A stretch of DNA of 64,000 nucleotides, taken from assembly GCA_965237525.1 (NCBI GenBank), contig CBDEFO010000007.1, forward strand, positions 192,001 through 256,000, read 5' to 3'. This document shows, one piece after another, positions 31,282 to 42,504 of this stretch. The notes beneath the pieces are model-generated. The model was not told the origin of the DNA. It saw only the letters and a program-made list of their open reading frames with translations, and searched no databases. The translations under genes were made by a program, and so were the position numbers. This DNA comes from Candidatus Latescibacterota bacterium. GTDB lineage: Bacteria > Latescibacterota > CBDEFO01. Position 1 is the first letter of the stretch. Each line of letters starts with the position of its first letter.

Positions 31282-32706
31282 ATGCTTAAGGATATACAAT
31301 ACGCATCGATAATTACGTGTCTTTTTTGGGGGCGCCATTTCATGATAATTTCCCGACCGCATGAGGCATTTTACTATGGTCAGACATTGGAGGAATTTGT
31401 TTCTGTTTGTATTAGCCTTTTCTTGATTATTTTGGTCCTCTCTTTTGTGTTTTCGGCAGCCAGGAAGTTTTTACCAAAACAGTATAAAAGGATTGTATTC
31501 ACTACCTTATATATATCAATACTTCCTCTCTTAGATTTTATATTTATAGCTACTTTTGATGTTCCAATCACAGGATTTAGCAAATTTATATATCCTATTG
31601 TTACACTCGCTTATATTCCGGTTCTTATTTTAATTTCTTTTGGATTTAAATATCCAATAGAAAAACATGGAGATAGGATTATCGGCGTACTTTCATTTGT
31701 TTGCATATTAATTTTGTATTACGCAGTGCCACGATCATTTAGCAAAATCACTATAGAGAATGAATTTGTTCCTCAAAACGGACCTTCTGCACCTGTACAT
31801 TTGATTATTTTTGATGGAATGTCTTATGGTGCCCTTAGTGAACCGGATATAAGACATTTGTTTCCAAACCTTAATAGATCGTTTGCTAATGATAGTTTTG
31901 TTTTTGAGGACGCATATTCGCCAGGGGCTTGGACAAGAGACTCAATACCTAAGTTAATAACAGGGATAGAATATGATCGATATCGCGAAGAAGATCTACA
32001 GCTTCTTATTGCCCGATGCGAAGATCAAGATTTTCAAAGGTTACCGACAGATAGTTCATTATTTCAAATCTCAAAGTCATATGGGTACAACAATGTTCTG
32101 ATTGGAGCTTATTTTCCATATTGTAATCTATTCGGGAGTGATTTGACCTATTGAAGAGTGTTCCCACTTTGGGCAAGACTTTCCGTTTTATTACCATTAC
32201 CGTTTGCCAAGTTGCTATATGTAGAACATATTGCTCAGAGAGATAACGTTCTGAACTTGTTCAGCGAATATTTGTCAAGGATGAATTCATCACCACATAA
32301 TACATTTTTCTTTATTCACTTTGAGATTCCGCACCATCCTTATGTTTTTGATTCTCAGGGATTTGTAAATCAGTATTGGGAAGTGATGATTAAAGGGGGA
32401 AGCTATAAAGTCGAAGAAAAATATGTGAAACAGTTAGAGTTTGTTGACAGAAAAGTAGGAGAAATAGTTAAGAAACTGAAGGATGATGATTTGTATGACA
32501 AAAGCATGATTATCATTACTTCAGACCATAATGCTTCTGTATGGAGGAAGCATAGTGCAACCAGAGTACCCCTATTTATTAAAGCTCCATTTCAAAAAAG
32601 TCAACACCTTGTGAAAAATAAAGTCTATACAATAAATCTCAAAAACTTTTTGTCTTCTTTCTTTGAGTCAAACGTTGTTGACATAAAGGAATTGGAAAGG
32701 ATGTAA
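31282..32706 (+). pseudogene. Membrane protein with sulfatase/alkaline-phosphatase-like domain, nonsense mutation
   Basis: LIIFDG, WTRDSIP, PHHPY, ITSDH; TGA at 32152-32154 where the paralogue has GGA (LTYG). Confidence 0.8.
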
Positions 32707-32715
32707 AACCTTAAT

Positions 32716-34308
32716 ATGAAGAAGTCGCTCGTCATTTATCCCTTTCTGTTCGCTGTATTTCCTATTCTGTCTCTTTTTTCTCATAACATAGAGGAACAGA
32801 TATCGATAAATGAAATAGTAGGGCTATTAGCAACTACGACTTTTCTTGCATTTCTGTTGTGGTCGTTGCTGAGTTTTGTTCTTAAGGATAGGCGAAAGGC
32901 AGGATTAATCGCCTCTCTTTCCTTATTACTATTTTTTTCATATGGGCGTTTCCATGATGCAATATGGAATTTGGCTGGTCATTCGGAAGTATGGGGATTT
33001 GAGATTGGGAGACATAGATACCATCTCGCTACTTGGGGTGTAATCTTTGCAATTGGCACTTATTTTTCTCTAAGAACGCGCAGAAATTTGAGAAACGTTA
33101 CGTTTTTTCTAAACATAGTTACTACTTCTTTGGTCGCAATTCCTATTATTACCGTGGCTTACGTGCTTGTCTCGTGAGATAAAATAGATTTTGAAAGACA
33201 AATCGATACGTCGCATTTAGAGAGGCCAGATAAGCTTCCGGACATCTACTATATTATTTTGGATGGATACGCAAGAGCGGATATCCTCGAAGAGAACTAC
33301 CAATATGATAATAGTAAGTTCCTGGATTATTTAGTCCAAAAAGGTTTCTATATAGCCAACAAGAGTAGAGCGAATTACCCCCAAACCAGTCTATCAATGG
33401 CGTCTTCTTTGAATTGTACCTATCTGGATGATTTAGCCAATCAGATTGGTGCAGAATATGCTGAGAGATGGCCCTTGCACAGAATGATAGACAACAATAA
33501 TGTCTTTAATTTTCTGAAGCAGTATGGTTATGTATTTGTGCGTCATACTATGTTTGGTACGAAAATAAGGAATGCCGATGATTATGTGATTCTTAATAGG
33601 ACTCCTCCGGGGTCCTTGAGTAGATTCCAGAATATAGTAATAAATACGACTGCCATTCCCGTGTTGCTATGGATTCTGTCCCAGAAATTGTCCTATTATC
33701 AGTATACTCAGTACGAATCACATAGGAAACAGATATTCTATTTCTTTGACTATATTAGTAATTGGACCAAAATGAATTCTCCCGTCTTCGTTTATGCTCA
33801 TATTATGGCCCCTCATCCTCCATTCGTATTTGGAGAAAATGGAAAGGAAATCAATCCCACCGGACCCTTGGTACCTTGGGTGAGTAGAGATGAATTTTTG
33901 AGGAATTATAAAGGGCAACTAATTTATATCAATAAGAAGGTGAAGGAAACAATAGATGACATAATATCTAATGCTCCAGAACCTCCTATTATAATTCTCC
34001 AACCTGATCACGGACCAGCTTCTCTAATTGCCGATATTGATCAGGAACTATCTTTTCTATTGGATCAGGCGAATGAGGGTTGCGTCAAAGCAGCCTTCAA
34101 AGAGAGGATGTCTATATTGAATGCATACTATCTTCCCAATGGGGGTCACGCATATCTATATGATGAGATAACTCCCGTAAACACGTTTAGGATAATATTC
34201 AACCATTACTTTGGTGCGAATTATGAGCTATTAGAGGATGAAAGCTACTTCTCAACCTGGAAATATCCTTATAAGTTCATCAATATAACTGATAAAACTA
34301 ATGGGTGA
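32716..34308 (+). pseudogene. Membrane protein with sulfatase-like domain, nonsense mutation
   Basis: TM N-terminus, PDIYYIILDGYAR, PHPPF, DHG; in-frame TGA at 33175-33177. Confidence 0.8.
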
Positions 34309-34756
34309 GAGGGATCTCAGAGTTATTTAAGCCGGTTTAGCATAATGCCAAATTTCTGATGATCCTATTGTTCCCTTCGATCACAATGTCGCAAACACAC
34401 ATTCTTAGCAGAAGATGAATCTCCTTTTAGTGACCGAGGACTATCCTCCGATGCCAGGAGGCATAGCTACGTTTTTGCGTAATATTTGCTTCTTTACAGA
34501 ATTTAACGTATCCGTTCTTACTGTAAGGATGGCATCCTGCGACGAATTCGATAGAAAACAGAGTTATTTCACAAAAAGAATTGTTCCACCAAGATATCTG
34601 GGTTTTTTGTCTTTCTTTTTAAATGTCCTTTATCTGGTAATCCGAAAGAGAATAGATATTATCTTCTGGGGGCATTTTGCACCTGTGGCGATAACGGGTT
34701 GGTTAGGTCTATATTGCGTAAGCGACTAGCTGTGTTGGTCCACGCAAATGACCTAA

Positions 34757-36275
34757 AAGCCTTGTGAAATAGTTATGTCCCAGGCAGCGTCTGAAGCGCC
34801 GATTATGGGTCAAAGAGTAGCATATCGTATCGTTTTGCTGTGGAATAAGCAAAATAGTCTTATCAGAGTTCTGGTCAGCAAGGAATAGGAGCTGTTTGAA
34901 GAACAGGATGCACTGTCTTTGACAGACAGGGCACACATAGACGCTTTCCCCCTTCTTATGAAAGATACAAGCCTCTTGAGATTCTGTACTGTTGCAACAA
35001 GATTCAACTGTTCATTCAGTGAGGCTGGTCCTCTATAACGGGCTCGTCCCATACCGTGTTGTTGCCTGGCTTCAGCAAAGATATGTTCACTGCGTTTACG
35101 GAGTCTCCGGGAGAGTTTGTAGTCAGCTGTTAATGAGATAGACCGTGCATGATTTCTGGCTTTCGCCTCTCGCACTTTTCTATCCCGTTCGGCCTGAATA
35201 TGTGCTGGATTTGTCTTGTTTTTCCATGTAGGAATCGGTTCAATCTTCTCATCGGCTCGCAGAGGAATATGGGGTATGATTCCCCGGTCAAGTACATCAG
35301 CGATAAAATTACCAGAACCGTAACCGGTATCGGCACTAAGTGTCTGAATGTCTTTGGGCATGGTGTATGTTTCAAGGTCATCTACCATCTTAAGGGCACT
35401 TTCGGGCTCTGCTGTCCCTGTCGCCTGCGTGCCCTGAGTCTCAAGGATTACTCTGCTTTTTGTGTCGATCAGATCATGGCCCATAAACGAGAGAAAAGCC
35501 CCTTTGCCCTTCGATTTGCTGTATAAGCGCGCGTCGGGGTCTGTAGTCGAACGGTGTGTTTGGTTCGTCCACTTTTCACCATGAAAGTCTTTATCCTGAG
35601 GATGCCCGGACCTACCCTTTGTCTTATCACCTTCAAAACCGATTCCCTTGAGATAATCATCAAGAGAAACAGGGGGTTCTATCGGCTCAATACTTTTCAC
35701 TGAAGCATCAGCTTGTATCTGAGTGCCGTCGACACTAAGGTGTTTACCGCTCACAAGACCGACATCTATGCAACACTGGACTACCTGACGCATTATCCGT
35801 TCAAACAACCCACTGGATGCCCACTTGTGATTGCGAAGCTTGTTGATCGTGCTCCTATCCGGAACCGCATCATCAAATGTCTGATGACAAAACAACCGAT
35901 ATGCCGCATGCATCCCCACTTCCTGACAGAGCCGATTCTCACTCAAATTATACAGATAGCCAATAAGGATCATTCGAACAACTAATTCAGGATCAATACC
36001 GGGTCTGCCATTGTCAGGGCAATAACAATCTGATACAACGTCTCGTACAAATGAAAAATCAACTGCCTCATCAATCTGACGAAGGATATGATCCTCGGGA
36101 ACTAAATCCTCCATCTGAAAATAGTGAAACATCGGATTTGTCTGTTCCTGCTTTTGTGGGGTCATTGTTTCCTCCATGTATAATATTATCAATAACATAA
36201 TATAATACATCGGAGCTGCTTTATCAATGCTTGTTCTATACTATTTTCTGAATCTAAGGGTTTTTCACAAGGCTT
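34757..36275 (-). mobile_element. IS1182-family element, copy A (1519 bp)
   Basis: Terminal IR AAGCCTTGTGAAA; 4-bp duplication CTAA; near-identical to copies B and C. Confidence 0.93.
34810..36210 (-). CDS. IS1182-family transposase
   Basis: LVPEDHILR, GRPGIDP, VDGTQI, TTDPDA, ADTGYG, EHIFAE; true start may be the downstream MTPQK ATG. Confidence 0.92.
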   Translation of the reverse strand: MYYIMLLIILYMEETMTPQKQEQTNPMFHYFQMEDLVPEDHILRQIDEAVDFSFVRDVVSDCYCPDNGRPGIDPELVVRMILIGYLYNLSENRLCQEVGMHAAYRLFCHQTFDDAVPDRSTINKLRNHKWASSGLFERIMRQVVQCCIDVGLVSGKHLSVDGTQIQADASVKSIEPIEPPVSLDDYLKGIGFEGDKTKGRSGHPQDKDFHGEKWTNQTHRSTTDPDARLYSKSKGKGAFLSFMGHDLIDTKSRVILETQGTQATGTAEPESALKMVDDLETYTMPKDIQTLSADTGYGSGNFIADVLDRGIIPHIPLRADEKIEPIPTWKNKTNPAHIQAERDRKVREAKARNHARSISLTADYKLSRRLRKRSEHIFAEARQQHGMGRARYRGPASLNEQLNLVATVQNLKRLVSFIRRGKASMCALSVKDSASCSSNSSYSLLTRTLIRLFCLFHSKTIRYATL

Positions 36276-37099
36276 CTAAACTCTTCTCTTTCTCAGGGGA
36301 AGGTGAGCAGGTTTATGTCCCATTTTGTATTGAGGCGATTCGATCTGGTCTTTGGCAACTCTAATTATACCAAGAATATGTTGTTGAAGCTCGGCCCTTT
36401 ACCCGAAAGGATAAAGATATTTCACCCCGGAGTGGATATCTCCCTGTTCTACCCCAAAAGCGTGGACAGTGAATTGAAAAAAAGATACAATCTGTCGGGC
36501 AAGAGAATCATACTGACTGTGGGGAGGCTGATTGAGCGTAAGGGGCAAAGAGCAGTTGTAGAGGTGCTTCCAGATATTGTGAATAAAATGCCCGATGTGA
36601 TCTACGTCATTGCGGGAGACGGCCCAGAGAAAGATAATTTACATACTTTGGTCCAGAAACTGGGTTTAGGTCAAAAGGTCGTATTTATCCATGATCCGCC
36701 TTATGAGCTTGCACCGGACGCGCACAATCTATGTGACCTTTTCGTTATGGCGGTCAGTAAAGAGATGCCTGAGACGACGGTAGGGGTAGAGAGCTTCGGG
36801 ATCGTGTTTTCTGAGGCAGGGGCGTGCGGAAAGCCTGTGATCGGGAGCTGGTCTGGAGGGATACCGGATGCTGTGGTGGATGGAGTCACAGGAATCTTGG
36901 TCGATCCTGAGGATCGTCGAGAATTGAAGGGGGCTATCTTATCCTTGCTTTCTGATCCGAAACTGGCGCAAACAATGGGACAAAAAGGGCGGAAGAGGGT
37001 ATTGAACGAACTGACCTGGAAAAAGGTCGTCGGGGAGTTTGATTATGAATTGGAATTGCTGCTAAGTAAGTAGACAGAGCACCTCATTTAGAAAGAGTT

Positions 37100-37172
37100 G
37101 TCAGACAGGAATGTCTGACCCACCTTCCTATATATGTTGGTGGTTGGTAGAACAGACATTCTTGTCTGTTCT
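37100..37172. repeat. REP-like doublet (two inverted palindromic units)
   Basis: GTCAGACAGGAATGTCTGAC-CCACC and GGTAG-AACAGACATTCTTGTCTGTT; GTGG/GTAG heads. Confidence 0.7.
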
Positions 37173-37193
37173 AAGCATTCTTTAAATAGATCA

Positions 37194-38399
37194 ATGGACA
37201 AAAGGAAAATTACTCTTATCTACTTTAGCGACTACTGGGACGAACGATGGCGCCGCCGCCAGCAGTTAGCTTACAGATTCGCCCAGCGGGAGGATGTACG
37301 AAAAGTTGTCTGTGTAGAATTTCCCCTACCGTTGACGTCCTTTGCTAAATTCTTGGTCTATAAAGCTGACGTTGAGGCGAGCGCTCGTTGGGAGAGGGTC
37401 ACAGAATCAGGAATGGGACGTTCCATGCTTGACGGAAAGCTGGAAATACTAAGCCCTATCTGTGCTTTTCCCCTTTTCAGGAGGACTCTTCTTTCGAGAC
37501 TGGATAAGGCCTTTTTGAGGATTTTGACAGAGGTTTTGATAAGACGAGCGATAAGCGACATTGAGGACAAATCTTCGATCCTCTTCTGGGCAAGTCATCC
37601 TTTTGCCGCCGATTACATAGGGAAATTCAACGAAGCGATGATTTGCTACGATTGTACCGAGAAGTTTAGTGAGTTCGATTTTTGGGTGACCCTCAGAAAT
37701 GAAGTCGAAGAAAAGGACAGCCTGCTTACTCAGAGGGCAGATCTGATTTTTGTACAGGCTGAACCTTATCTTGTTGAGAAAAAGTCCGTCAATCCTAAGA
37801 CATTTTTGATCCCTAACGCCGTTGACTACGATCTTTTCCAAAACTGCCTGGATATGCCAGAGCCATCAGACTTGAAGGGCATCAAGAGACCTATCTTAGG
37901 CTATGTAGGAAGCATCAACAGTCGTATGGACTTTGAGCTTTTGAGGAAAACGGCGCAGGTCTATAAAGATTGGTCGCTCGTCTTCATAGGTGATGTCAGC
38001 GACAGTTCCCTCATAAAGCCGATAGATGGCTTAAAAAATGATTACTTTTTAGGAGAAAAGCCTTATAATATATTACCGAGCTATCTGAAGGAATTTAATG
38101 TCTGTCTAATGCCCTATAGTATTAACCTTATGCAGAGCCCACTCAAGCTTTTCGATTATCTTGCCTCTGGGAAGCCTGTCGTCTCGACAGACATACCGGG
38201 TCTTCGGAACTTTTCAGATGTCATATTCGTATCTAAAACCGAAGATGAGTTTATAAAAAATATAGGGATAGCCGCAGATGATAACAATCCTTCATCGGTA
38301 CTAAGGCGGAAAAGGCGGGCAAAGGACAATTCGTGGGATGTCAGGGAGGAACAGGTATGGGACATCATTAAGAGGGAGTTGTCTTCAAAGGTGCAGTAG
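37194..38399 (+). CDS. Glycosyltransferase (GT4, TuaH-like), intact duplicate
   Basis: RRQQLA, YDCTE, IPNAVD, PLKLFDYLASGKPVVST; paralogue at 48751-49665. Confidence 0.87.
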   Translation: MDKRKITLIYFSDYWDERWRRRQQLAYRFAQREDVRKVVCVEFPLPLTSFAKFLVYKADVEASARWERVTESGMGRSMLDGKLEILSPICAFPLFRRTLLSRLDKAFLRILTEVLIRRAISDIEDKSSILFWASHPFAADYIGKFNEAMICYDCTEKFSEFDFWVTLRNEVEEKDSLLTQRADLIFVQAEPYLVEKKSVNPKTFLIPNAVDYDLFQNCLDMPEPSDLKGIKRPILGYVGSINSRMDFELLRKTAQVYKDWSLVFIGDVSDSSLIKPIDGLKNDYFLGEKPYNILPSYLKEFNVCLMPYSINLMQSPLKLFDYLASGKPVVSTDIPGLRNFSDVIFVSKTEDEFIKNIGIAADDNNPSSVLRRKRRAKDNSWDVREEQVWDIIKRELSSKVQ

Positions 38400-38650
38400 G
38401 GGGCAACAGGGTGTCAAATTACAAAGTAGTTATATTTATCAGCAGTCTATCATCTATAACGACAGGCGGCATGAGATATTCTGTTGAGGTGTATAAATAT
38501 CTGAAGCGGAGCGCAGTATCCGTCAACGTAATCAAATTAGAGGAAATGCCGATCCTCATTAAAAGATTACCCTCTTTTTGAATCTAACCCTTACCGATTT
38601 CTGGTCTGTTTGCAGCTTCTGTCTTTGAAGCTGGACAGGAATAGAGGACT

Positions 38651-39891
38651 TGTACTGCCCCCCAGGAAAGCGACACCAATTAAGCAACCTGGGGTAGTAG
38701 ATAAAATTGTTTTCTCCACTCTTCCGGGGTCTTATATCCCAGGGATGAATGAAGCCTGTTCAAAGGATTCAAACTTGTGAAGCCAAACACACTCTTGCTT
38801 GAGGGTCCTGAAAAAACGCTCTACAACACCGTTCCAATCGGGCTTACCACTTGGTATGTATTCCTGACGAATTCCCCAATATTCGGTACTCGCCAAATAG
38901 GCCCGAGCCAAAAAGATGGAACCATTGTCAGAGCGCAAAGTGAGACCCTGGGGGACAACCTCCTTGGAAGTGTATCGAGAGATCACGGCCCGATCCAGGG
39001 CATCTGTGGCCTCCAGTGCCCTCCCTTTTCGACTAAAACGATACCCAGGAACCTCCCGACTCCCGTTGTCCACCACCGCAATAAGAGGACACCAACCGTC
39101 TTCCCCACAATAGATCTTGGGTCAAGTCAGCCGACCAGAGACTGTCAGGACGATCCATCACAGAACGCTTCTGGGCAACCTGTGGCCCCTTTCTCCCGGG
39201 GTCCCCGATTGATTCTATCGGGGATTCCACAGCTTACACTGCCACCCCTTAAGCTTCATTATCCTATGAACCTTCTTGATGTTGACACATGCCCCTTCCT
39301 TGAAACGAAGATGCGCCCAAACCCGCCTGTGACCAAATGCCTCTTCTTGGTCGAGTATCCCTCGAACACGAAAAGCAAGCTGTTCATCTATCACAGACTC
39401 TTCGACAGAAGAACTGACACCTCTATCCCTAAGCCTATACAGAGTCGAACGATGCAAACCCAAAGCCAAAGCTACCACCTTACGGGAATAGCCTCGACCC
39501 AAAAACCGCCCACTCAAGGCAACCGCTTCGTTTTTTTTAGACGGGCTACCTCCTCGAGTATCTCCAACTGGAGGGTTAACTGCCCTACCTTACGCTCCAA
39601 CCGGCTGACCTCCCGCTCCTTCGGATCCTTGCGACCATGCCGAGACTTGCAGACTCTCCTGCCCTCCTTCTAAGAAACTATCACGCCAAGCATACGCCTG
39701 TGACTGGCTAATTCCATTCTTCCGACACACCTCTGATACATCCGCTCCTTTCAAAACAGCCAACACCACCTCTACCTTACGGGTCGCCGTCCAGCGCTTA
39801 CCATCTTTCACTTCGGGGCTTGACAATTTGACCTCCCTTCTCAAACCCCAATTTGCGAAATATTTGTCGCTCTGTCAAGGGGAGCGGTATG
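38651..39891 (-). mobile_element. IS3-family element, copy 2, decayed
   Basis: Same ends as copy 1; (G)GACT target duplication; 47-bp deletion between GAAC(A/C)GGCT microhomologies, net 20-bp hairpin insertion, 1-bp insertions. Confidence 0.92.
39203..39223. repeat. CCCCGATTGATTCTATCGGGG hairpin inserted in IS3 orfB
   Basis: Absent from the same position in copy 1 (about 22401-22415); one mismatch to 7239-7259. Confidence 0.85.
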
Positions 39892-40918
39892 GACTTATCC
39901 TATTTGAGGATTATCACTTTCATCCGAGAGTGTTTCTATTTAATCTGTTTGTAAAAACTTTTTTCAAAAGCGTAAGTGCTCTATCTACAGTACAGTTGTC
40001 CTCCTTCTATCATTCTGCTTTGCGATATAGCGCGGCTAAAAAGATAGATGAATTTATTGTCAGGATATTTTTCAGCCAGTTGGATAAGATATTAGCCATC
40101 AGCGATAACACGAAAAATGAAGTGCTGTTGCTGAGGATCGAGCGCTCTAAGGCCAAGAGGATCTACTGCGCTTACGAGGATTTGCCTTGGAGGACATCGC
40201 CCAAAAGCCAAAATGGACGCAAGAGGTTAAGATAGACCTCCTCTTTATGAGGAGGAGCCACGCTGACAAGGGGCTCGAATATCTATTGGAGGTAGTCGCT
40301 CAGTTTGGGGATGATTTTGTCTTAAATATAGTGGGCGACATCGATCACGATCTGAGTTACTACAAGAAACTAACTGAAATTATTGGGAAGCACAATATAA
40401 TGGGGAAGATCTTTTTCCACGTGCAAGTAGATGATAGAAGCAAGCTTAAACGATTCTATGAAAGGTCAGATGTTTTTGTCTTGCCTTCAATTGTCGAAGG
40501 AATCGGTGTTGTTATTTTGGAAGCGATGTCAGCCGGTCGTCCCATAGTCGCCACAAACGTGGGAGACATCCCAGAGTTCGTAAAAGACGAATACAACGGC
40601 ATCCTTATGCCTCCGAGGGATGCGTCCTTTCTCGCGAACGCTACAAATTCTCTGATATGTTCTCCTTCTATGAGAAAGCAATATGGTACTAATGGTTTCA
40701 AATACTGTCAAAACGTTCGAGATCTTCATTCCTGGGATGGAATCTGTAGGGGAATGCATGACATTCCTAACCGATTGGTTGATGCTGCTTAGAAGGAAGG
40801 TAGACATAGCATCGGATAATCCACTCTAGAAGATGCACTCCCAAACTTTGATTCGGAGATTAAAGGGTATCATACTAACATTTATTAGAATGTTCTCAAT
40901 CTAAAGGAGGAAATCACC

Positions 40919-41143
40919 ATGAAATATTTCACATGCTTGATAAGGACACTTACTGTTCTTGCTTTATTTTATTTGATCTTCCCTGAGAAGGCGTATGCCT
41001 ATATGGATATGGGAAGTCTCAGCTACATTCTTCAGCTGATTATAGCTGCTTTAGTTGGGATATTGTTGACAACTAAGATAGTATGGCATAGGATTAGATT
41101 CTTCTTCAAGAAGTTATTCTCCAGAGAGGAATACCACGAATAA
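40919..41143 (+). CDS. Small membrane protein of the AY(L/I)DPG(T/S)GS type found in glycan loci
   Basis: AAGGAGG RBS; EKAYAYMDMGSLSYILQLIIA. Confidence 0.65.
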   Translation: MKYFTCLIRTLTVLALFYLIFPEKAYAYMDMGSLSYILQLIIAALVGILLTTKIVWHRIRFFFKKLFSREEYHE

Positions 41144-41238
41144 GCTGAAGACTAGCGGAAATGTCCCAAGCTCGTTTTGAATACCCCTAAAAGAATGTAG
41201 TTCTTGCAACGCTCAATTTTGTCAACATCTTAACAATC

Positions 41239-42411
41239 ATGGCACATATAACAGCCAGGAAGCCTAATGTTATCGCGCTTTTGTTAAGAGAAATCGCGGA
41301 CTCTTACCGGTTTTTTCGGGAAATTCCAAAAACAGAAAAGATGATAGTTTTCTATGCCGAACACAAAGGCTATTATCCCAACTTCGAAGGGCTTATTGAG
41401 GAATTGATCGGTAAGTACGAACAGACTTTGTGCTATATCACATCGGACCCCAATGATCCAATTCTGCAAACATCAGAGTTGAGAATAAGGACTTTTTATT
41501 TGAATAAGTTACTACCTTTCTTCATGGTATTTATCAATTGCAAGGTATTTGTCATGACATTGACCGACCTTAATCAATCCTATCTCAAGCGCTCAATCAA
41601 TCCGGTGCACTACGTTTACGTATTCCATGCCCTTGTCAGCACTCACATGATGTATCGATATGGTGCTTTTGACCATTACGATGCGATTTTGTGTGTGGGT
41701 CCACATCATGTCAGGGAAATCCGCAAGTGCGAAGAACTCAATAGTCTTCCGCCGAAGAGGCTTGTGGAGGCAGGTTATTATCGACTGGAGCGAATTTACA
41801 GGGAATATCAGAAATATTCCCGAAAGGAGTCTTCCTCAGGTGATAAGCGAACTGTCCTGATCGCACCTTCTTGGGGAACTGACAACGTTTTGGAGTCTTG
41901 CGGCGAGCGTCTTGCCGATATTCTTTTGAAGGCGGGTTACGAGGTGATTGTTCGGCCTCACCCGGAAACTGGACGACGTTCTCCTGAACTCATGACTTTG
42001 TTTGATTCCAAATTCGGCCGTAACCCGAATTTTACTTTGGAGAGGTCTGTTGCCACAGATGACTCATTGCTGCGGGCCGATGTCCTGATATGTGACTGTT
42101 CGGGGATTGCCCTTGAATACGCTTTTGGCACCGAGAGACCGGTTTTATTTTTGGATGTTCCCATTAAGATCCAAAATCGGAGATTTGAAGAACTGGGAAT
42201 CGAACCGTTAGAGTTGCTTCTCCGATCAGAGATCGGCGTGATCGTCTCTCGGGAGAGGTTAGGTACCGTTCCTGGAGTTATCTCGAACTTAGTGGCGAAT
42301 AGTGGAGCGTACAGAAAACGTATAGTCGAGTTGAGAGATCAGAACGTCTATGCATTCGGACGCTCCTCGGAGATTGGCGCTCAATACATCATCGATCTTG
42401 TCAATGAGTAA
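41239..42411 (+). CDS. CDP-glycerol:glycerophosphate transferase-family (TagB/TagF-like) protein
   Basis: YVFHA, GYYRLE, LIAPSWG, RPHP, DVLICDCSGIALEYAF. Confidence 0.78.
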   Translation: MAHITARKPNVIALLLREIADSYRFFREIPKTEKMIVFYAEHKGYYPNFEGLIEELIGKYEQTLCYITSDPNDPILQTSELRIRTFYLNKLLPFFMVFINCKVFVMTLTDLNQSYLKRSINPVHYVYVFHALVSTHMMYRYGAFDHYDAILCVGPHHVREIRKCEELNSLPPKRLVEAGYYRLERIYREYQKYSRKESSSGDKRTVLIAPSWGTDNVLESCGERLADILLKAGYEVIVRPHPETGRRSPELMTLFDSKFGRNPNFTLERSVATDDSLLRADVLICDCSGIALEYAFGTERPVLFLDVPIKIQNRRFEELGIEPLELLLRSEIGVIVSRERLGTVPGVISNLVANSGAYRKRIVELRDQNVYAFGRSSEIGAQYIIDLVNE

Positions 42412-42433
42412 CATGCTTATTGCAGAATAAGGC

Positions 42434-42462
42434 TTCACAAAACGTGTGGGAAAAGTTATACT
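42434..42462 (+). promoter_or_regulatory. Candidate internal sigma70 promoter before pepM
   Basis: TTCACA-17 nt-TATACT in the intergenic gap. Confidence 0.5.
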
Positions 42463-42504
42463 TTGGCTGTAGCATAGGCTACTTTTAGCATAGGGAATTT
42501 AGAC

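Larger units (their letters stand above)
34415..37073 (+). pseudogene. GT4 glycosyltransferase (PimB-like), frameshifted and interrupted by IS1182 copy A
   Basis: EDYPPMPGG N-terminus; VHANDL|NSS rejoins across the IS; ESFGIVFSEAGACG C-terminus; separate frameshift near 34710. Confidence 0.85.
38411..40792 (+). pseudogene. GT4 glycosyltransferase interrupted by IS3 copy 2, with extra frameshifts
   Basis: Collinear with intact paralogue 49716-50855; DRNRG|LILFED rejoins across the IS. Confidence 0.87.

Noticed and set aside
32152..33177. In-frame TGA codons as stop-codon reassignment or selenocysteine
   Set aside because: Interrupting stops in the window are a mix of TGA, TAA and TAG and accompany frameshifts; TGA ends many intact genes. 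Pseudogenisation or sequence error fits better.
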